DNA of 64,000 nt from NCBI GenBank assembly GCA_013166775.1, contig JABLTJ010000009.1:1-64000 (forward strand). The letters are read 5' to 3'. Position 1 is the first letter of the stretch, and every line of letters begins with the position of its first letter. The notes below the pieces were generated by a model. It did not search any database. It was not told the origin of the DNA and worked only from the letters and a program-made list of their open reading frames with translations. The DNA comes from Promethearchaeati archaeon (lineage in GTDB: Archaea > Asgardarchaeota > Heimdallarchaeia > Heimdallarchaeales > Heimdallarchaeaceae). Both the position numbers and the translations under genes were made by a program. Positions 1 to 10,783 of the stretch are shown in pieces.

Positions 1-396
1 TATAGAGATTAAGGGGAAATAACTAAAAAAAATTGTTGAAACTATTTTGTTATCATTATATTCTGCTAATCCAGTTAGATTATAGGTACCTCTATATTCT
101 ATTGGCAGCTCTGTTTCATTAATTAAATTATCATATTCAGTTCCATTTATATAAAATTGTACTGAAGCACTAGCAGGAGAAATATAGTATTTTAATTTGG
201 GTTCTTCTTCATATATTGAATTATTTTCAGGAATTATAAAATAAAAATTAAATAGTTGATTTAATGATTCTTGACTATTTATCATTTCTTTACTTTCTAC
301 AGTCACAGCATTGTAACAAAAAAATGAAGATAGCAACAGAATCAAAGATATAGTTGATAAAATTAAGATATCTCTTTTATATTTTATTATGACCAC
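1..396 (-). CDS. Partial secreted protein (runs off window start), not in ORF track
   Basis: Open frame from GTG at 396 to base 1: VVIIKYKRDILILSTISLILLLSSFFCYNAVTVES...; N-terminal signal-like hydrophobic stretch and several NxS/T sequons. Confidence 0.7.
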   Translation of the reverse strand, partial: MVIIKYKRDILILSTISLILLLSSFFCYNAVTVESKEMINSQESLNQLFNFYFIIPENNSIYEEEPKLKYYISPASASVQFYINGTEYDNLINETELPIEYRGTYNLTGLAEYNDNKIVSTIFFSYFPLISI

Positions 397-513
397 ATAT
401 ATCAAAATAGAATGTACAAAATCCAATACTTAAAAGTTCTTATTTGAAGAGAGATAGATTTTTGAGAAAAGTTTAAATATCTCGCAAATAAAAGTAGAAT
501 TTGCATTATTAAA

Positions 514-1083
514 ATGCACAAAGAGAGGTTGAATATGACAAGAAAAAAACATTACTTCTTTTTAATGTCGTTTTTGATACTATTTACTTTGACTACAACA
601 TTAATACCATCGCAAGCCCATTCAAAAATTTTTGATCAAAACTTCAGCACAGAAGATCAATATATCTTTGTTAATTACAGAATAAAAGTTTGGTCCAATC
701 AACATATTGAAGTTTATTCCACATATAGACATCATAGTACAAATCAAAGTATGTGTGCTTTTTACTATTTAGCTATAAAAATCGGATTTGGAGGAGGAAC
801 TATATATCATAATTCAGACATAACTCAAGAAGCACCAGGAGAAAATCAATATGCTTACCTTGATTGCTATGGTGATTTGGATCAAGAAGATTGGGAAACT
901 GGTCGAGCTTATATGTCCATAAGTGTACAGATGCGAACATTTAGTGTTGAGTATGAAACAAAATTTGCAGTGTTTGGCTTAATCTTATATAATTGGTATG
1001 GCACAGGTTGGGCAATTACACAACACGATTGGGTAGAACTCAATACTGACCCGCTATTCCCTGATTATACATTCTGGCCCTAA
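514..1083 (+). CDS. Secreted hypothetical protein
   Basis: 189-aa ORF with basic + hydrophobic signal peptide ending AHS; divergent from gene at <1..396; poly-T after stop. Confidence 0.7.
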   Translation: MHKERLNMTRKKHYFFLMSFLILFTLTTTLIPSQAHSKIFDQNFSTEDQYIFVNYRIKVWSNQHIEVYSTYRHHSTNQSMCAFYYLAIKIGFGGGTIYHNSDITQEAPGENQYAYLDCYGDLDQEDWETGRAYMSISVQMRTFSVEYETKFAVFGLILYNWYGTGWAITQHDWVELNTDPLFPDYTFWP

Positions 1084-1113
1084 TAATTATTTTTCTTTTT
1101 TTTTCTTTTAAAA

Positions 1114-1281
1114 TCATAGAACTTTTCCTATATTAGCTACTTGTTTCAATCCTTGCTCATAAGCTTCCTTCATTCTTTTTCTAAATTCCTCATCTAATTC
1201 TATCTGATTAGTTCCCTTTTTTTTCCGCTTTTTTATTTTCTTTTGATTTTTCCATCTTTTGAATGAAAAAAATTTTCTCAT
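1114..1281 (-). CDS. Small basic hypothetical protein (55 aa)
   Basis: ATG..TGA ORF MRKFFSFKRWKNQKKIKKRKKKGTNQIELDEEFRKRMKEAYEQGLKQVANIGKVL fills the intergenic gap; below ORF-track cutoff. Confidence 0.4.
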   Translation of the reverse strand: MRKFFSFKRWKNQKKIKKRKKKGTNQIELDEEFRKRMKEAYEQGLKQVANIGKVL

Positions 1282-1373
1282 ACATTTACATTATATCCAT
1301 TCATTTATTTATATTTATTGAAATCAATGATATTTTACAGTACATGAATTAGATTACTTTTAACAATCAAGTA

Positions 1374-1922
1374 TTATTTTATTACGAAGCAATTATCTGC
1401 TGATTTTTGAATTGCTATACTGAATCCAGGTTCAAATCCAACAACAGCTGTTTCAATTCCTTTTTCTTTTATTTTCATTAAAATCGGATTTATTCTTGCA
1501 TGTCTTGAAGCAATAACAATTACATCAACTTTTCTACTATCTTCGATTGCATCCATTATTTCGATCGAGAGAAAGATATGTGTATCATGAGGAGTCACAA
1601 TAGGTTCGTATCCACTGTTTGTAATTGCTTGAATCAGTTTTTGACCCGCGTGCTCATTTAGGATTACTTTTCTAAATACTGGTCTGCCTAGGTTCTTTAC
1701 TTGCTCATCAATATCTTCTAGCTTTATTTGTCTGTCACCTATTTTTCTTAGAAAGTTTGGTCCATCAACAAAAATAGCAATCCGTTTTTCTCCCGTTATT
1801 CTTGCTCTCAAAGCTTGAATATGTGAGCTACTGAAGATTCTCTCCGATATTCTATCATAAAGACTCTTTTCATTAATCAATTCCGCTTCTTCTTCGACTA
1901 ATTCTGACATATAATTCCTCAA
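1374..1922 (-). CDS. NYN-domain protein (TIGR00288/LabA-DUF88-like)
   Basis: IAIFVDGPN motif; VIVIAS..., KEKGIETAVVG and SADNCF motifs typical of NYN/PIN-like fold. Confidence 0.8.
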   Translation of the reverse strand: MRNYMSELVEEEAELINEKSLYDRISERIFSSSHIQALRARITGEKRIAIFVDGPNFLRKIGDRQIKLEDIDEQVKNLGRPVFRKVILNEHAGQKLIQAITNSGYEPIVTPHDTHIFLSIEIMDAIEDSRKVDVIVIASRHARINPILMKIKEKGIETAVVGFEPGFSIAIQKSADNCFVIK

Positions 1923-1955
1923 TAAATAAAAAGTGATGAAAGTGATTGATTTTTA

Positions 1956-3593
1956 TTATGCTGTAGTTTCTGCTTTTTCACTCTCTTCTTCGTATGATAA
2001 TGGTGGTGTTAAAAGCGCAGTTGCTTCGATTTGAGTTTTACCAGAGACAATATTCTGTTTGATATAACCAAAATAGTCCAATTCGTAGATGTATTTTGCA
2101 GCAACTTCTTCAGGAATATTAAGTAGTTTGGATATTTCTTCTTTAACAAGCGGTCTTTGAAAATCATTTAGAATATAGAGAATTCTGTATTTTGGATCGG
2201 TGTTCAGAAATGCTTCAACAGATTTTAGTGTTCTTTGAGAATAATCAATCTTCTTTCTCAATTTCTGTATATCTAGCTCGTATTGGTATTTTTCTTCAGA
2301 AGTCATTGTGCCTTGTTTTTCCATAACATCCAATGTTTGTTTGGTTGTTTTTAGCTCTTCTTTAGATTCTGCTAATCTAGCTTTGATATCTTCTATTTCG
2401 TCTTGTTTATCCAGAATTTGTTCTTCAATCTTTGTTTTTTCTAATGTAGCGTTTTCTGCCAAATCTCGTATTTCTTTCATCTCTGTCTCTTTTTCAGCAA
2501 ATTGTAACATCATTTCTTCTGTTTGTTTCTGTAACTCATGCAGTTCCTGATCTTTTGAACTCACTGATTGTTGAAGTTCAACCATTGTTTCCGCAAGTCT
2601 TTCCATGTCAGAATCTTTTTGGTTAATTTGTACTCTAAGCTCTTCCACTTGACCAGATTCTTCTTCTTTTCCATCTGCTTTTTCTTGGATTTCTTGTAAT
2701 TGTGCTTTAAGAGTATCAATTTGTGTAACCTTTTGTTGTATGTCGATCTTTTGGTTTCTAACTGTATCTTCATGCTCTGCAACTTGGTTTCTTAAATTGA
2801 AGTTTGTTTGACGTGATTTATCTAATTGTTTCTGAATATCATCAAAAAATTGATCTTCTTTAGAAATAGCTTCGGAAGATACTGCTCGCATTCTTGTTTC
2901 CATTTCTTCGACGTGCTTTGCCATTGCATCTCTTTCGATTTTCAACCTATTGAACTCAGATTGAAGATTATTTTTCTCTAGACTCAATTGATGTATGGTT
3001 TTATCTTTATCTGAAATGACTTGATCTCTTTCATGAATTATGGTTTCATCAACTGCTGCAACAGTTGATCTTTTTGATAAATCCTCAATTGCTTGTTCTT
3101 TACTTTTCATCGTTGTATGAATGTCAGTAAGTTCATTTTGTATAGAGATTGTTTCTGCTTTCAGATTTCCAATTTGATCATTAAGTTCGTCAATTTTCAA
3201 TACATCTTCTTGGATTCGTTTTTCAAGTCCGGGAACTTTGTTAGCTTCTGCTTTATGCTTTTCCAGTGAATCTAACATTTCTTGAGTTATCATTTCAGCA
3301 TTAATGTAACCTTGTTCAATTCCTTGTCTAATCTTTGATGTACTCTCTGTTACTACCATCAGGTGAATGTCTCTAAAGAGACTAACATAACTATCTTTGA
3401 AATTTCGTATTATTCCATCCACTTCGGAGACTGAATATTGCGCCTTACCAGGAGCTAGAGATCCACTTTTGATTTCTTCAGCTCTTGCTTTGGCTTGTTC
3501 TTCTACGTTAGTACGTATTACTCTCATTTCTCCTAGGAACTTTTTCACAAGGGAACGAACAATACTGAATGGACTTTCAGATTCTACAGCCAT
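1956..3593 (-). CDS. Long coiled-coil protein with C-terminal winged-HTH
   Basis: ~350 aa heptad-rich E/K/Q region followed by DPKYRILYIL...EEISKLLNIP...YIYELDYFGYI wHTH; no Walker A motif. Confidence 0.75.
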   Translation of the reverse strand: MAVESESPFSIVRSLVKKFLGEMRVIRTNVEEQAKARAEEIKSGSLAPGKAQYSVSEVDGIIRNFKDSYVSLFRDIHLMVVTESTSKIRQGIEQGYINAEMITQEMLDSLEKHKAEANKVPGLEKRIQEDVLKIDELNDQIGNLKAETISIQNELTDIHTTMKSKEQAIEDLSKRSTVAAVDETIIHERDQVISDKDKTIHQLSLEKNNLQSEFNRLKIERDAMAKHVEEMETRMRAVSSEAISKEDQFFDDIQKQLDKSRQTNFNLRNQVAEHEDTVRNQKIDIQQKVTQIDTLKAQLQEIQEKADGKEEESGQVEELRVQINQKDSDMERLAETMVELQQSVSSKDQELHELQKQTEEMMLQFAEKETEMKEIRDLAENATLEKTKIEEQILDKQDEIEDIKARLAESKEELKTTKQTLDVMEKQGTMTSEEKYQYELDIQKLRKKIDYSQRTLKSVEAFLNTDPKYRILYILNDFQRPLVKEEISKLLNIPEEVAAKYIYELDYFGYIKQNIVSGKTQIEATALLTPPLSYEEESEKAETTA

Positions 3594-3703
3594 TTAACTC
3601 AGCTCAATCCTTTATCTTATAGAGGATATCTAGTATTTAAACTATAAATTAATTTCTGTAGTAAAACTGTAAAATTGATACTGAATTCGATTTTTTCTAT
3701 TAA

Positions 3704-4387
3704 TTATGTTAGATTTATCGTGAGATAAAACAAATTGTCTCTGAATTCGTCAATTTCATTTAGGAATCCAGTTAATTGGCTGTAAGAAATTATAGGTACG
3801 TCTTGATAAAATTGTAAATCATGGTCCCTCCAAGAAATAATAACTGGAAATAAATACAATTTCCTCTTCAAAGGCAGTTGTAGCTTTTTAATCAATTCAT
3901 CTGATAGAAAAGGAAAAACTTCAACTATAACTTCTGTTCTTTCCTTTTGCTTTTTTACTGCTTCTTTTAGTACTGATGAAGATATAAATTTGTAATATTT
4001 ACAGTCAATCAAGAAAATATATGGGTAATTATATGCTATAACATCTACTTCGTATCTTGTAACTTCATCTTTGAATCTGAAATTTGTTAAAACCGTGTAG
4101 TTCAGTTCATTAAAAATATGTGAAATAATTTGTTCAAACTTCTTCCAATCAAGTAGTTCACTTATTGCAGAAACGTCTATACCTTCTTTGATAAGATTGA
4201 ATATTACCTTATTTTGTTCATCTTCAGAGAAATTTTCTGAACTAGCAAATTCTTCAATTGAATAGCCTATTTTTTGTAAGAAAGAAGAACACCTTGCTTT
4301 TTCCAAATCTGTTAATTTTGAAACATCCATTGTTTGTTTTTTAAAAATATGAAGAAGAATAGCACGTGAAGCACTATCAATACGCAA
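3704..4387 (-). CDS. PD-(D/E)XK restriction-endonuclease-like (Mrr/NERD-type) protein
   Basis: DWKKFEQII...EVDVIA...LIDCK motif. Confidence 0.7.
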   Translation of the reverse strand: MRIDSASRAILLHIFKKQTMDVSKLTDLEKARCSSFLQKIGYSIEEFASSENFSEDEQNKVIFNLIKEGIDVSAISELLDWKKFEQIISHIFNELNYTVLTNFRFKDEVTRYEVDVIAYNYPYIFLIDCKYYKFISSSVLKEAVKKQKERTEVIVEVFPFLSDELIKKLQLPLKRKLYLFPVIISWRDHDLQFYQDVPIISYSQLTGFLNEIDEFRDNLFYLTINLT

Positions 4388-4410
4388 AACAATTCACCAA
4401 TTTCAAGACT

Positions 4411-5217
4411 TCATTCAGGTTTTGCAGATTTGATTCTATGAATTACTATCTCTCTTGTTAATTGTTCGATTGGTTGAGCAATTTTTTGAACACTAAGAGG
4501 TCTAGCTCCTTTCTGCAACCTACCATACTCATCGAGTTTTGTCTTTATATCTGGGCTCCTCAATAGAGTCATTAGTTCGTTTCTTGCTTGTAAACAAGAA
4601 GTTTCTATAACTCGCATATATGCGTCTCCTTTGTTACTGGCAAGTTTTTTCTCAATAAGAAGATCCAAGAATTTTTCAGTGGGAATTCGTTCCTCTGCAG
4701 GTAAATCGATCTTATTTAGAACAATCAGAAAAGGAAGTGATTTACCTAAAATATCTCCCTTTAATGCGATAAGCTCATCAACGCTATCTACATTATCATC
4801 CCACATGTTTTTGCTAGGATCAAACATGAAAATTAAACCATCAGCTCCTTCTAGTACAACCTTTCTCTGTATATAATGTCTTTTTTGACCTGCTGTGGAC
4901 CAAACTTGATAACGTAGTTTTGGAACACTCACACCTTGTCCTTTTGGCAACTCGAATGTGCTTTGGTCATAGAAAATTGTTCTACCACTTGGATCATCGA
5001 TTTTTTTAAGTGAAGAATAGATTGTTTCAGGGTCTTCAACTTTTCTTAAAACATTATATACAGTTAGCATACTTGTTTTACCAGCGAGAGATGGTCCATA
5101 TATAACCAATTTTAAGTAAGGTATTCCAGAACCATCGACTTTGAAGATATCTCTTATTGTGAGTTTGCTTGACATCGTTTTCATTGCCGCCAATTGTTTT
5201 AATTGAGAAGATTTCAC
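4411..5217 (-). CDS. Small GTPase, MglA-like
   Basis: G1 GPSLAGKT; switch I GRTIFYD (cf. MglA RTLFFD); G3 STAGQ lacking Asp (cf. MglA TVPGQ); G4 NKID. Confidence 0.8.
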   Translation of the reverse strand: MKSSQLKQLAAMKTMSSKLTIRDIFKVDGSGIPYLKLVIYGPSLAGKTSMLTVYNVLRKVEDPETIYSSLKKIDDPSGRTIFYDQSTFELPKGQGVSVPKLRYQVWSTAGQKRHYIQRKVVLEGADGLIFMFDPSKNMWDDNVDSVDELIALKGDILGKSLPFLIVLNKIDLPAEERIPTEKFLDLLIEKKLASNKGDAYMRVIETSCLQARNELMTLLRSPDIKTKLDEYGRLQKGARPLSVQKIAQPIEQLTREIVIHRIKSAKPE

Positions 5218-5351
5218 GATTTTGCTTATATAATCTTTTCTGGTTAGGTATATGATTTCTATGTGATGAAATTCTATTAAACTTTTTTATCCTCTCATAT
5301 TGGATTTTTGGTTAATTTGTATAGGGAAGGTGTTCTATAATCCTTTAAAGT

Positions 5352-6038
5352 TTATAATCCTTGATTGTGTTCATTTAATAGACTCTCTTCATCTTTATGA
5401 AGAGAAACTGCTAACTCAGCTACGACTCCATCAAGAAAAGCGAGAGCCGCATGTTCAAAAGCTGTTCCTTCAGGAGCTAGAGTACTATCTAAACCTAAAT
5501 CTCTCCTCTCTAAATCTGATTTGGTTCTTCCTTTTAATTTGATAGTAACATCTCCTAATCTCCCTATCATACTATGCACATAACTAGTTAGAACAATAAC
5601 GAAAGGGTTGTAAATAAGATAAGTTTCTAGCATTGCTTTAACAATAGGTGTCGTTCCAGATCCACTTATCACTATAATAGTATCTCCCTCTTTTAATCGC
5701 GGAACAGAACGAGTATTGGTTATAAATCTGCTTTCAACACCAAAATGCTCTAATCTTGTCTGTAGCATTTGCCCTACCATTGCACTTCTACCACTTGCTA
5801 GAATGTAGATACGTTTTTTTAGCGATATATCTTCCATTAACCTATCTCTAATTTGTTGGACATATTCATAGTGCTCACTCATATGAGCAATGTTCTCTTG
5901 TAGATTCTTAACCATTAATTCGAGAGCCTTAAAAATCACAGGTTTTGTAGCATCACTTGTTAAGTATTTGATACTCTCATAACCAATTACTTTCTTATCC
6001 TCTTTTTCCTCTTCCACTTCTTTCTTGTTTGAACCCAT
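5352..6038 (-). CDS. SIS-domain sugar isomerase (6-phospho-3-hexuloisomerase-like)
   Basis: IYILASGRS, VISGSGTT and LAPEGTAFE motifs of the HxlB/PHI family. Confidence 0.75.
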   Translation of the reverse strand: MGSNKKEVEEEKEDKKVIGYESIKYLTSDATKPVIFKALELMVKNLQENIAHMSEHYEYVQQIRDRLMEDISLKKRIYILASGRSAMVGQMLQTRLEHFGVESRFITNTRSVPRLKEGDTIIVISGSGTTPIVKAMLETYLIYNPFVIVLTSYVHSMIGRLGDVTIKLKGRTKSDLERRDLGLDSTLAPEGTAFEHAALAFLDGVVAELAVSLHKDEESLLNEHNQGL

Positions 6039-6219
6039 TCACACCACAATTATAACACATGAAATTGGATAGTTATTAGTTATTTAGCTATCCTCTAAGC
6101 TTCATTCTTCTATCCTAATTTAAACTACTCGGTCAAAAAAGAATTACTTGGTTATTTTTTTCCATTTGATTGATAATATACAAGAAATAGAAATATAAGT
6201 AAGAAAAGAAAATAATTTC

Positions 6220-9153
6220 TTGATTGGTTTGAGCTTTGGAGACAAAATCTGGAAAAAATCCAAAATAATAGCAGTTTCTGTTCTTGTATTTTGGTTGTTA
6301 ATTGTCTCTATTAATGCTAGGAAAATCTTCAATATCACAGATTATGTTGCTGATGAAAGCAGTAACCTTTCAACTTCTAAAGGGTCAGAATCTCAAATTG
6401 GTAATAAAATTATATCAGATTTTAGTGAATTAAATAGCACTTTTCAGATTGTCGTTCACAATCCAGAAGGAAGTATTCTAACTAATGAAGTAAAAAATTC
6501 AATCACTCAACTAATTAACAGTATAACATTTAATCCGAAAATAGGTCCTTATCTCTCAGCAAAAATCCCTTATTCATCTGTTTTCGATGACGCGGATAAC
6601 ATGTTAAGATCTATCTTATCACTTCAATGGTTTTCAACTCAAATGGCATTCGCTTCAACTCACTTTATATGGGGTGGAGCAGAATTTTTTTCCAATGAAT
6701 GGGTTGATAGTTACAATTTTACTAATGATGTAGAATTAGCTACTTCAATTGCTGAGCAAAACACAGACAATTTCATCATGCAATATTTAGATAATAATAA
6801 TGAATCTAGATACGTAAACTATGCAACTAATTTTATTGAATCACTAGCAGAGAGTTTTTTATTTTACGCAAATTTAATCCCTCCAACAAATACAAGTGAT
6901 GCTTACTCTTTATCACAAAGTATCATTGTTGCTAATAATTCTTTTTTTGATGAACTTGCAGATGATCCAACTCAACTAAAACTCTTAACAGTAATAGCTG
7001 ACAATTTTATTGGTTTAATGTGGGAAGATGATGAGTATTTGTATTCTGAGTTTACAGATTTTCTTTTCAATTCGAGTGATGCTAGTAGTGTTAATTTTAC
7101 AAAGGAAGTTTATTCAAATGGAGATATTGAAGGATTTGTTAAAGCTAAGAATAAATACTTGCTTCCAGTTCTAAGCAAAGAAATTGAAATCCCACCTTTA
7201 TCCAAGGAAATTGTTGACACCTTCCTCTTGCGATATACTAACTATAGAAATGAAAATGATACAGTAGATACTACTTTAATTTCATTTAATTTAGCAATCA
7301 ACCATAATACAGAGAAAGGAAAGGAAGCATATATAGAATTAATGGATATTATTCCTTTACTACAAGAAAGCTACAAACCTCTCGAAATTTTCATAACAGG
7401 TCTTGATTTGTTTATTGTAGAACTTTCATCAGATTATGAGAATCAAATAAATAGAAATGATATTATTGTAATTTTAACAATAATAGTAATTCTAATACTT
7501 GTATATCGGTCTCCTATTCTCCCACTTATCCAACTCTTTGTATTAGGTATTGCATTTGCTGTATCAAGATTAATTTTTGTTTTTATTGGGATTAGAATAG
7601 GAGGACTTGCAAGTACAAGCTTATTAGTTCTTAGCATTTGTTTGCTTGGTGCAACAACTGATTATTGTGTTTTCTTGATGGGGGATTACTTGTATAATTT
7701 GAAGAAAAACAAGAAAAAAGATGTAGCATTAAAAATAACCTTCAGACGAACTTTAAAGAGCATAGTTATTTCATCATTATCACTTACTATAGGTTTTGGC
7801 TCATTGATTCTAAGTAGCTTTCCGATGACTAGAGGTATGGGTATTGGAGGAACAATCGGGTTCTTAACAAGCATGATTGTTTCATTGACTCTGATTCCTG
7901 CCATTTTAGTGCTAATAAATGAGAAGTACCTAATCAAGTGGAAATTCACTTTTAAGAAGATAAAAGTACCATCATTTTCAATAACAAACGCATTGAAAAA
8001 AATAGTACAGAAGCGAAAAATAGTATTAATTGTTTCAGTAATACTAGCTTTGCTTGGAACAGGTATTTTCTTGATTCTACCTACAGATTATGCACAAATA
8101 TCATCAGCTCCAGAAAGCTATCATTCTCGTCAAGGATTAGATGCTGTGAATTTATACATGGGAACGGAGTATATCAGTCAAATCACACTGCTCTTTGAAA
8201 CTCCAGATAACGATGCTTTTCTGAACTCAAATGGAAGTTTGAATCTTATATCGATACAACATGTTCTGGTTTTGACGGAAGAGGTAAAAAAAGTCGCTAA
8301 TATTTCATTTGTTATTGGTTTGAGTCACCCGCTTGTTTATACTTATCAAGAGAGTATTTCTAATAGCTCTTTATTTGTCCAAGAGGAAATTCACACTTTA
8401 ATGAAAAGTTTTGTTTTACCCGATGCAACACTAGGAGTAGTTTATCTTGGATCGCAGTACAAGGAGGGAGATGATAGATTAAACAACCAGATTGCAGGCA
8501 TTAGAGAGACCCTTAAGGCACAATTAGAAGAACGAGATCTTTCAACATGGAAAGTATATACAACTGGTGTCGCGTCTCGTATATATGATACAAATGAAGG
8601 TATTAGAGGTGATTTTAATAAGATTTTAGTTTTTACTTCTCTCACCATTACAGCATTATTAATTATATTTTTAAGACGGATTCTCATGTCTTTTAGAGTT
8701 TTAATAACTATTCTAATTTCATTAGGGTTAAGTTTAGGAGTATTCGCTATATTTAATTTGATTTTCTTCAATGGATCAGTATATTGGATAGTTCCTTTAA
8801 TGTTATATGCTGTTTTAACAGCCCTAGGTTTGGATTTTGATGTTTTATTTTTGGGTGTGTTTGTAGATATTTACAAGAGAACAGACAATAAAGAAGAAGC
8901 TATTGTTGATGCAGTCGAACAGACAATGAGCAATATTTCTGTGGCTGGAATTATTATGGCTGCTACTTTTCTAAGCTTGATATTTACTTCGTCTGTTCAC
9001 ATGCAACAACTTGGTTTAGGTCTTGGAATAGGTATTCTAATCGATGTATTTGTTTCTAGATTATTTATTGTCCCTCCAGCAATAGTTTTGACTTTCAAAC
9101 AATCAAAGATTAAGAAAGAAGAACAAATTGAGGAAGAAGGTGAGAATGATTAA
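6220..9153 (+). CDS. MMPL/RND family membrane transporter
   Basis: Two repeats of TM bundle + large extracytoplasmic loop; GATTDY and LGLDFD motifs; LVYRSP. Confidence 0.85.
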   Translation: MIGLSFGDKIWKKSKIIAVSVLVFWLLIVSINARKIFNITDYVADESSNLSTSKGSESQIGNKIISDFSELNSTFQIVVHNPEGSILTNEVKNSITQLINSITFNPKIGPYLSAKIPYSSVFDDADNMLRSILSLQWFSTQMAFASTHFIWGGAEFFSNEWVDSYNFTNDVELATSIAEQNTDNFIMQYLDNNNESRYVNYATNFIESLAESFLFYANLIPPTNTSDAYSLSQSIIVANNSFFDELADDPTQLKLLTVIADNFIGLMWEDDEYLYSEFTDFLFNSSDASSVNFTKEVYSNGDIEGFVKAKNKYLLPVLSKEIEIPPLSKEIVDTFLLRYTNYRNENDTVDTTLISFNLAINHNTEKGKEAYIELMDIIPLLQESYKPLEIFITGLDLFIVELSSDYENQINRNDIIVILTIIVILILVYRSPILPLIQLFVLGIAFAVSRLIFVFIGIRIGGLASTSLLVLSICLLGATTDYCVFLMGDYLYNLKKNKKKDVALKITFRRTLKSIVISSLSLTIGFGSLILSSFPMTRGMGIGGTIGFLTSMIVSLTLIPAILVLINEKYLIKWKFTFKKIKVPSFSITNALKKIVQKRKIVLIVSVILALLGTGIFLILPTDYAQISSAPESYHSRQGLDAVNLYMGTEYISQITLLFETPDNDAFLNSNGSLNLISIQHVLVLTEEVKKVANISFVIGLSHPLVYTYQESISNSSLFVQEEIHTLMKSFVLPDATLGVVYLGSQYKEGDDRLNNQIAGIRETLKAQLEERDLSTWKVYTTGVASRIYDTNEGIRGDFNKILVFTSLTITALLIIFLRRILMSFRVLITILISLGLSLGVFAIFNLIFFNGSVYWIVPLMLYAVLTALGLDFDVLFLGVFVDIYKRTDNKEEAIVDAVEQTMSNISVAGIIMAATFLSLIFTSSVHMQQLGLGLGIGILIDVFVSRLFIVPPAIVLTFKQSKIKKEEQIEEEGEND

Positions 9154-10783
9154 AAGTGTGAAATTTATAATATTTATTCTATTATTATCGGTTCTAATTT
9201 CACCTTTAATAAGTATAAACGCTGAATCAAATTTCGATTTCAGAGAGATAGATTTCAATAACAGAGGTTATGAAATCGAATATGAAATTATCCAAGGAGA
9301 TAATTTGGATGAGATGTTTGTAGATTTGGGATTTGATATAAAGGGTTCATTTTCTACAAGTATCTTTAATGTAATCCTAAAGAATCGCAAAAATGAAGAT
9401 AGAGATATTTTCATGATAGAATCAAATAAATACATTTCTATGAGAGTACCAGTTTTTTCAATGGAAAGTTATGTGATTCTCAACAAACCTTTGGAAATTG
9501 AGTTAAATACAACCAGCGAGTTGTTAAAAGATTTTATAGGTTTTAATTATCAGCCAATAAATGAAGAGACTCTCCATGCTGAATTACCTTCAGAGTCTTC
9601 TATTGTTTTACCAAGCTTGTTTACTAATATAACAAGACCTAATTTTAGTGCATTAATTCAAGAATCAAATTACTTAGATTTTATACCCTTAATTCTTGGA
9701 AAAGATTATACTCGTTATGAGGCAGAATTTACTACGCTCGTTCTTAATCAATCATTCTCAATTAACATTTTCAATGAAGGTTATGACGAATTTACTATTT
9801 CTCTGGATATGGATATAGATCCCGCATTATCATTGAAAGCATCCTGGGATAAAGAAAGTGGACTATTAACTTCATTTTCAGCTCATTTCACTTATGGAAA
9901 TAAAAGTAGTACTTTAATTCTCTCACTGAAGGAAGTTGAGGAGATTAAGTCTCCTGTTGAAATACCATTTTCTGAATTTTTTATTTCCAACAGCAGTTCT
10001 GATTACTCAATGGATTTTCAAAAGAGTTCAACAGAAAATCAATTAGAAGATATGGTATACTGGGTGACACAATTAAACCAAACTGTTGGTCTAAGATATC
10101 TCTTCACTAGAGCTGGTTTAGAGATGGATTGGGAGATGTATGTTTATGAAGAACGATATGATGTTTATCATCGAACATCTACTGATATTCATTCTACTTG
10201 GTTAACTTTTATGCCAGCGGCTTTAATCCCAACTTGGCAAAGGATGAATGGTTTAACAATATTAGCTAATGCCCTTTGGACGCAATTAAGCGATTCATTT
10301 GAGGGATATCAATTCACATTATCTGGAGTAACAACTACACTTTATACAATACAAGACGTAGAATTTCGAATGCAATATCAGGAAGAGAATTCTACCCATC
10401 ACTTGATATGGGATATATCTGTGGATTATGTTAGTAATAATACTCAAGTAGTTGTACCAAAGTATTCAATTCAAGAGTATAATCTAAGTATGAATGGATG
10501 GTTAGCTTACTCCCAAGAAGGATTGCTCAATGGTTTCTCTATAGAGTTCCATGAAGATTATAATTCATATCTACAAAATATCACTGATTTATCGATAATG
10601 GAAATAGAAGATGATTATTATTACAATTATCTAATCGAATCTGAAACAGAAGATATTACTCGACCTGAGTTTCTAGTAACAGAAGAAACAGCAATGTTTT
10701 TTGGATTTAAGCAGATAATCTTTTATTCCATCTTTACTTATCCAATCTATAGAAGAATTAGAAAAAAGAGGGATTTTTCCTGA
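9146..10783 (+). CDS. Secreted, C-terminally anchored hypothetical protein
   Basis: ATG at 9146 after GGTGA; signal peptide; C-terminal TM + RRIRKKR. Confidence 0.75.
   Translation: MIKSVKFIIFILLLSVLISPLISINAESNFDFREIDFNNRGYEIEYEIIQGDNLDEMFVDLGFDIKGSFSTSIFNVILKNRKNEDRDIFMIESNKYISMRVPVFSMESYVILNKPLEIELNTTSELLKDFIGFNYQPINEETLHAELPSESSIVLPSLFTNITRPNFSALIQESNYLDFIPLILGKDYTRYEAEFTTLVLNQSFSINIFNEGYDEFTISLDMDIDPALSLKASWDKESGLLTSFSAHFTYGNKSSTLILSLKEVEEIKSPVEIPFSEFFISNSSSDYSMDFQKSSTENQLEDMVYWVTQLNQTVGLRYLFTRAGLEMDWEMYVYEERYDVYHRTSTDIHSTWLTFMPAALIPTWQRMNGLTILANALWTQLSDSFEGYQFTLSGVTTTLYTIQDVEFRMQYQEENSTHHLIWDISVDYVSNNTQVVVPKYSIQEYNLSMNGWLAYSQEGLLNGFSIEFHEDYNSYLQNITDLSIMEIEDDYYYNYLIESETEDITRPEFLVTEETAMFFGFKQIIFYSIFTYPIYRRIRKKRDFS

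Noticed and set aside
1956-3593. SMC/Rad50 call for the coiled-coil protein
   Set aside because: No Walker A/B, signature motif or hinge/hook.
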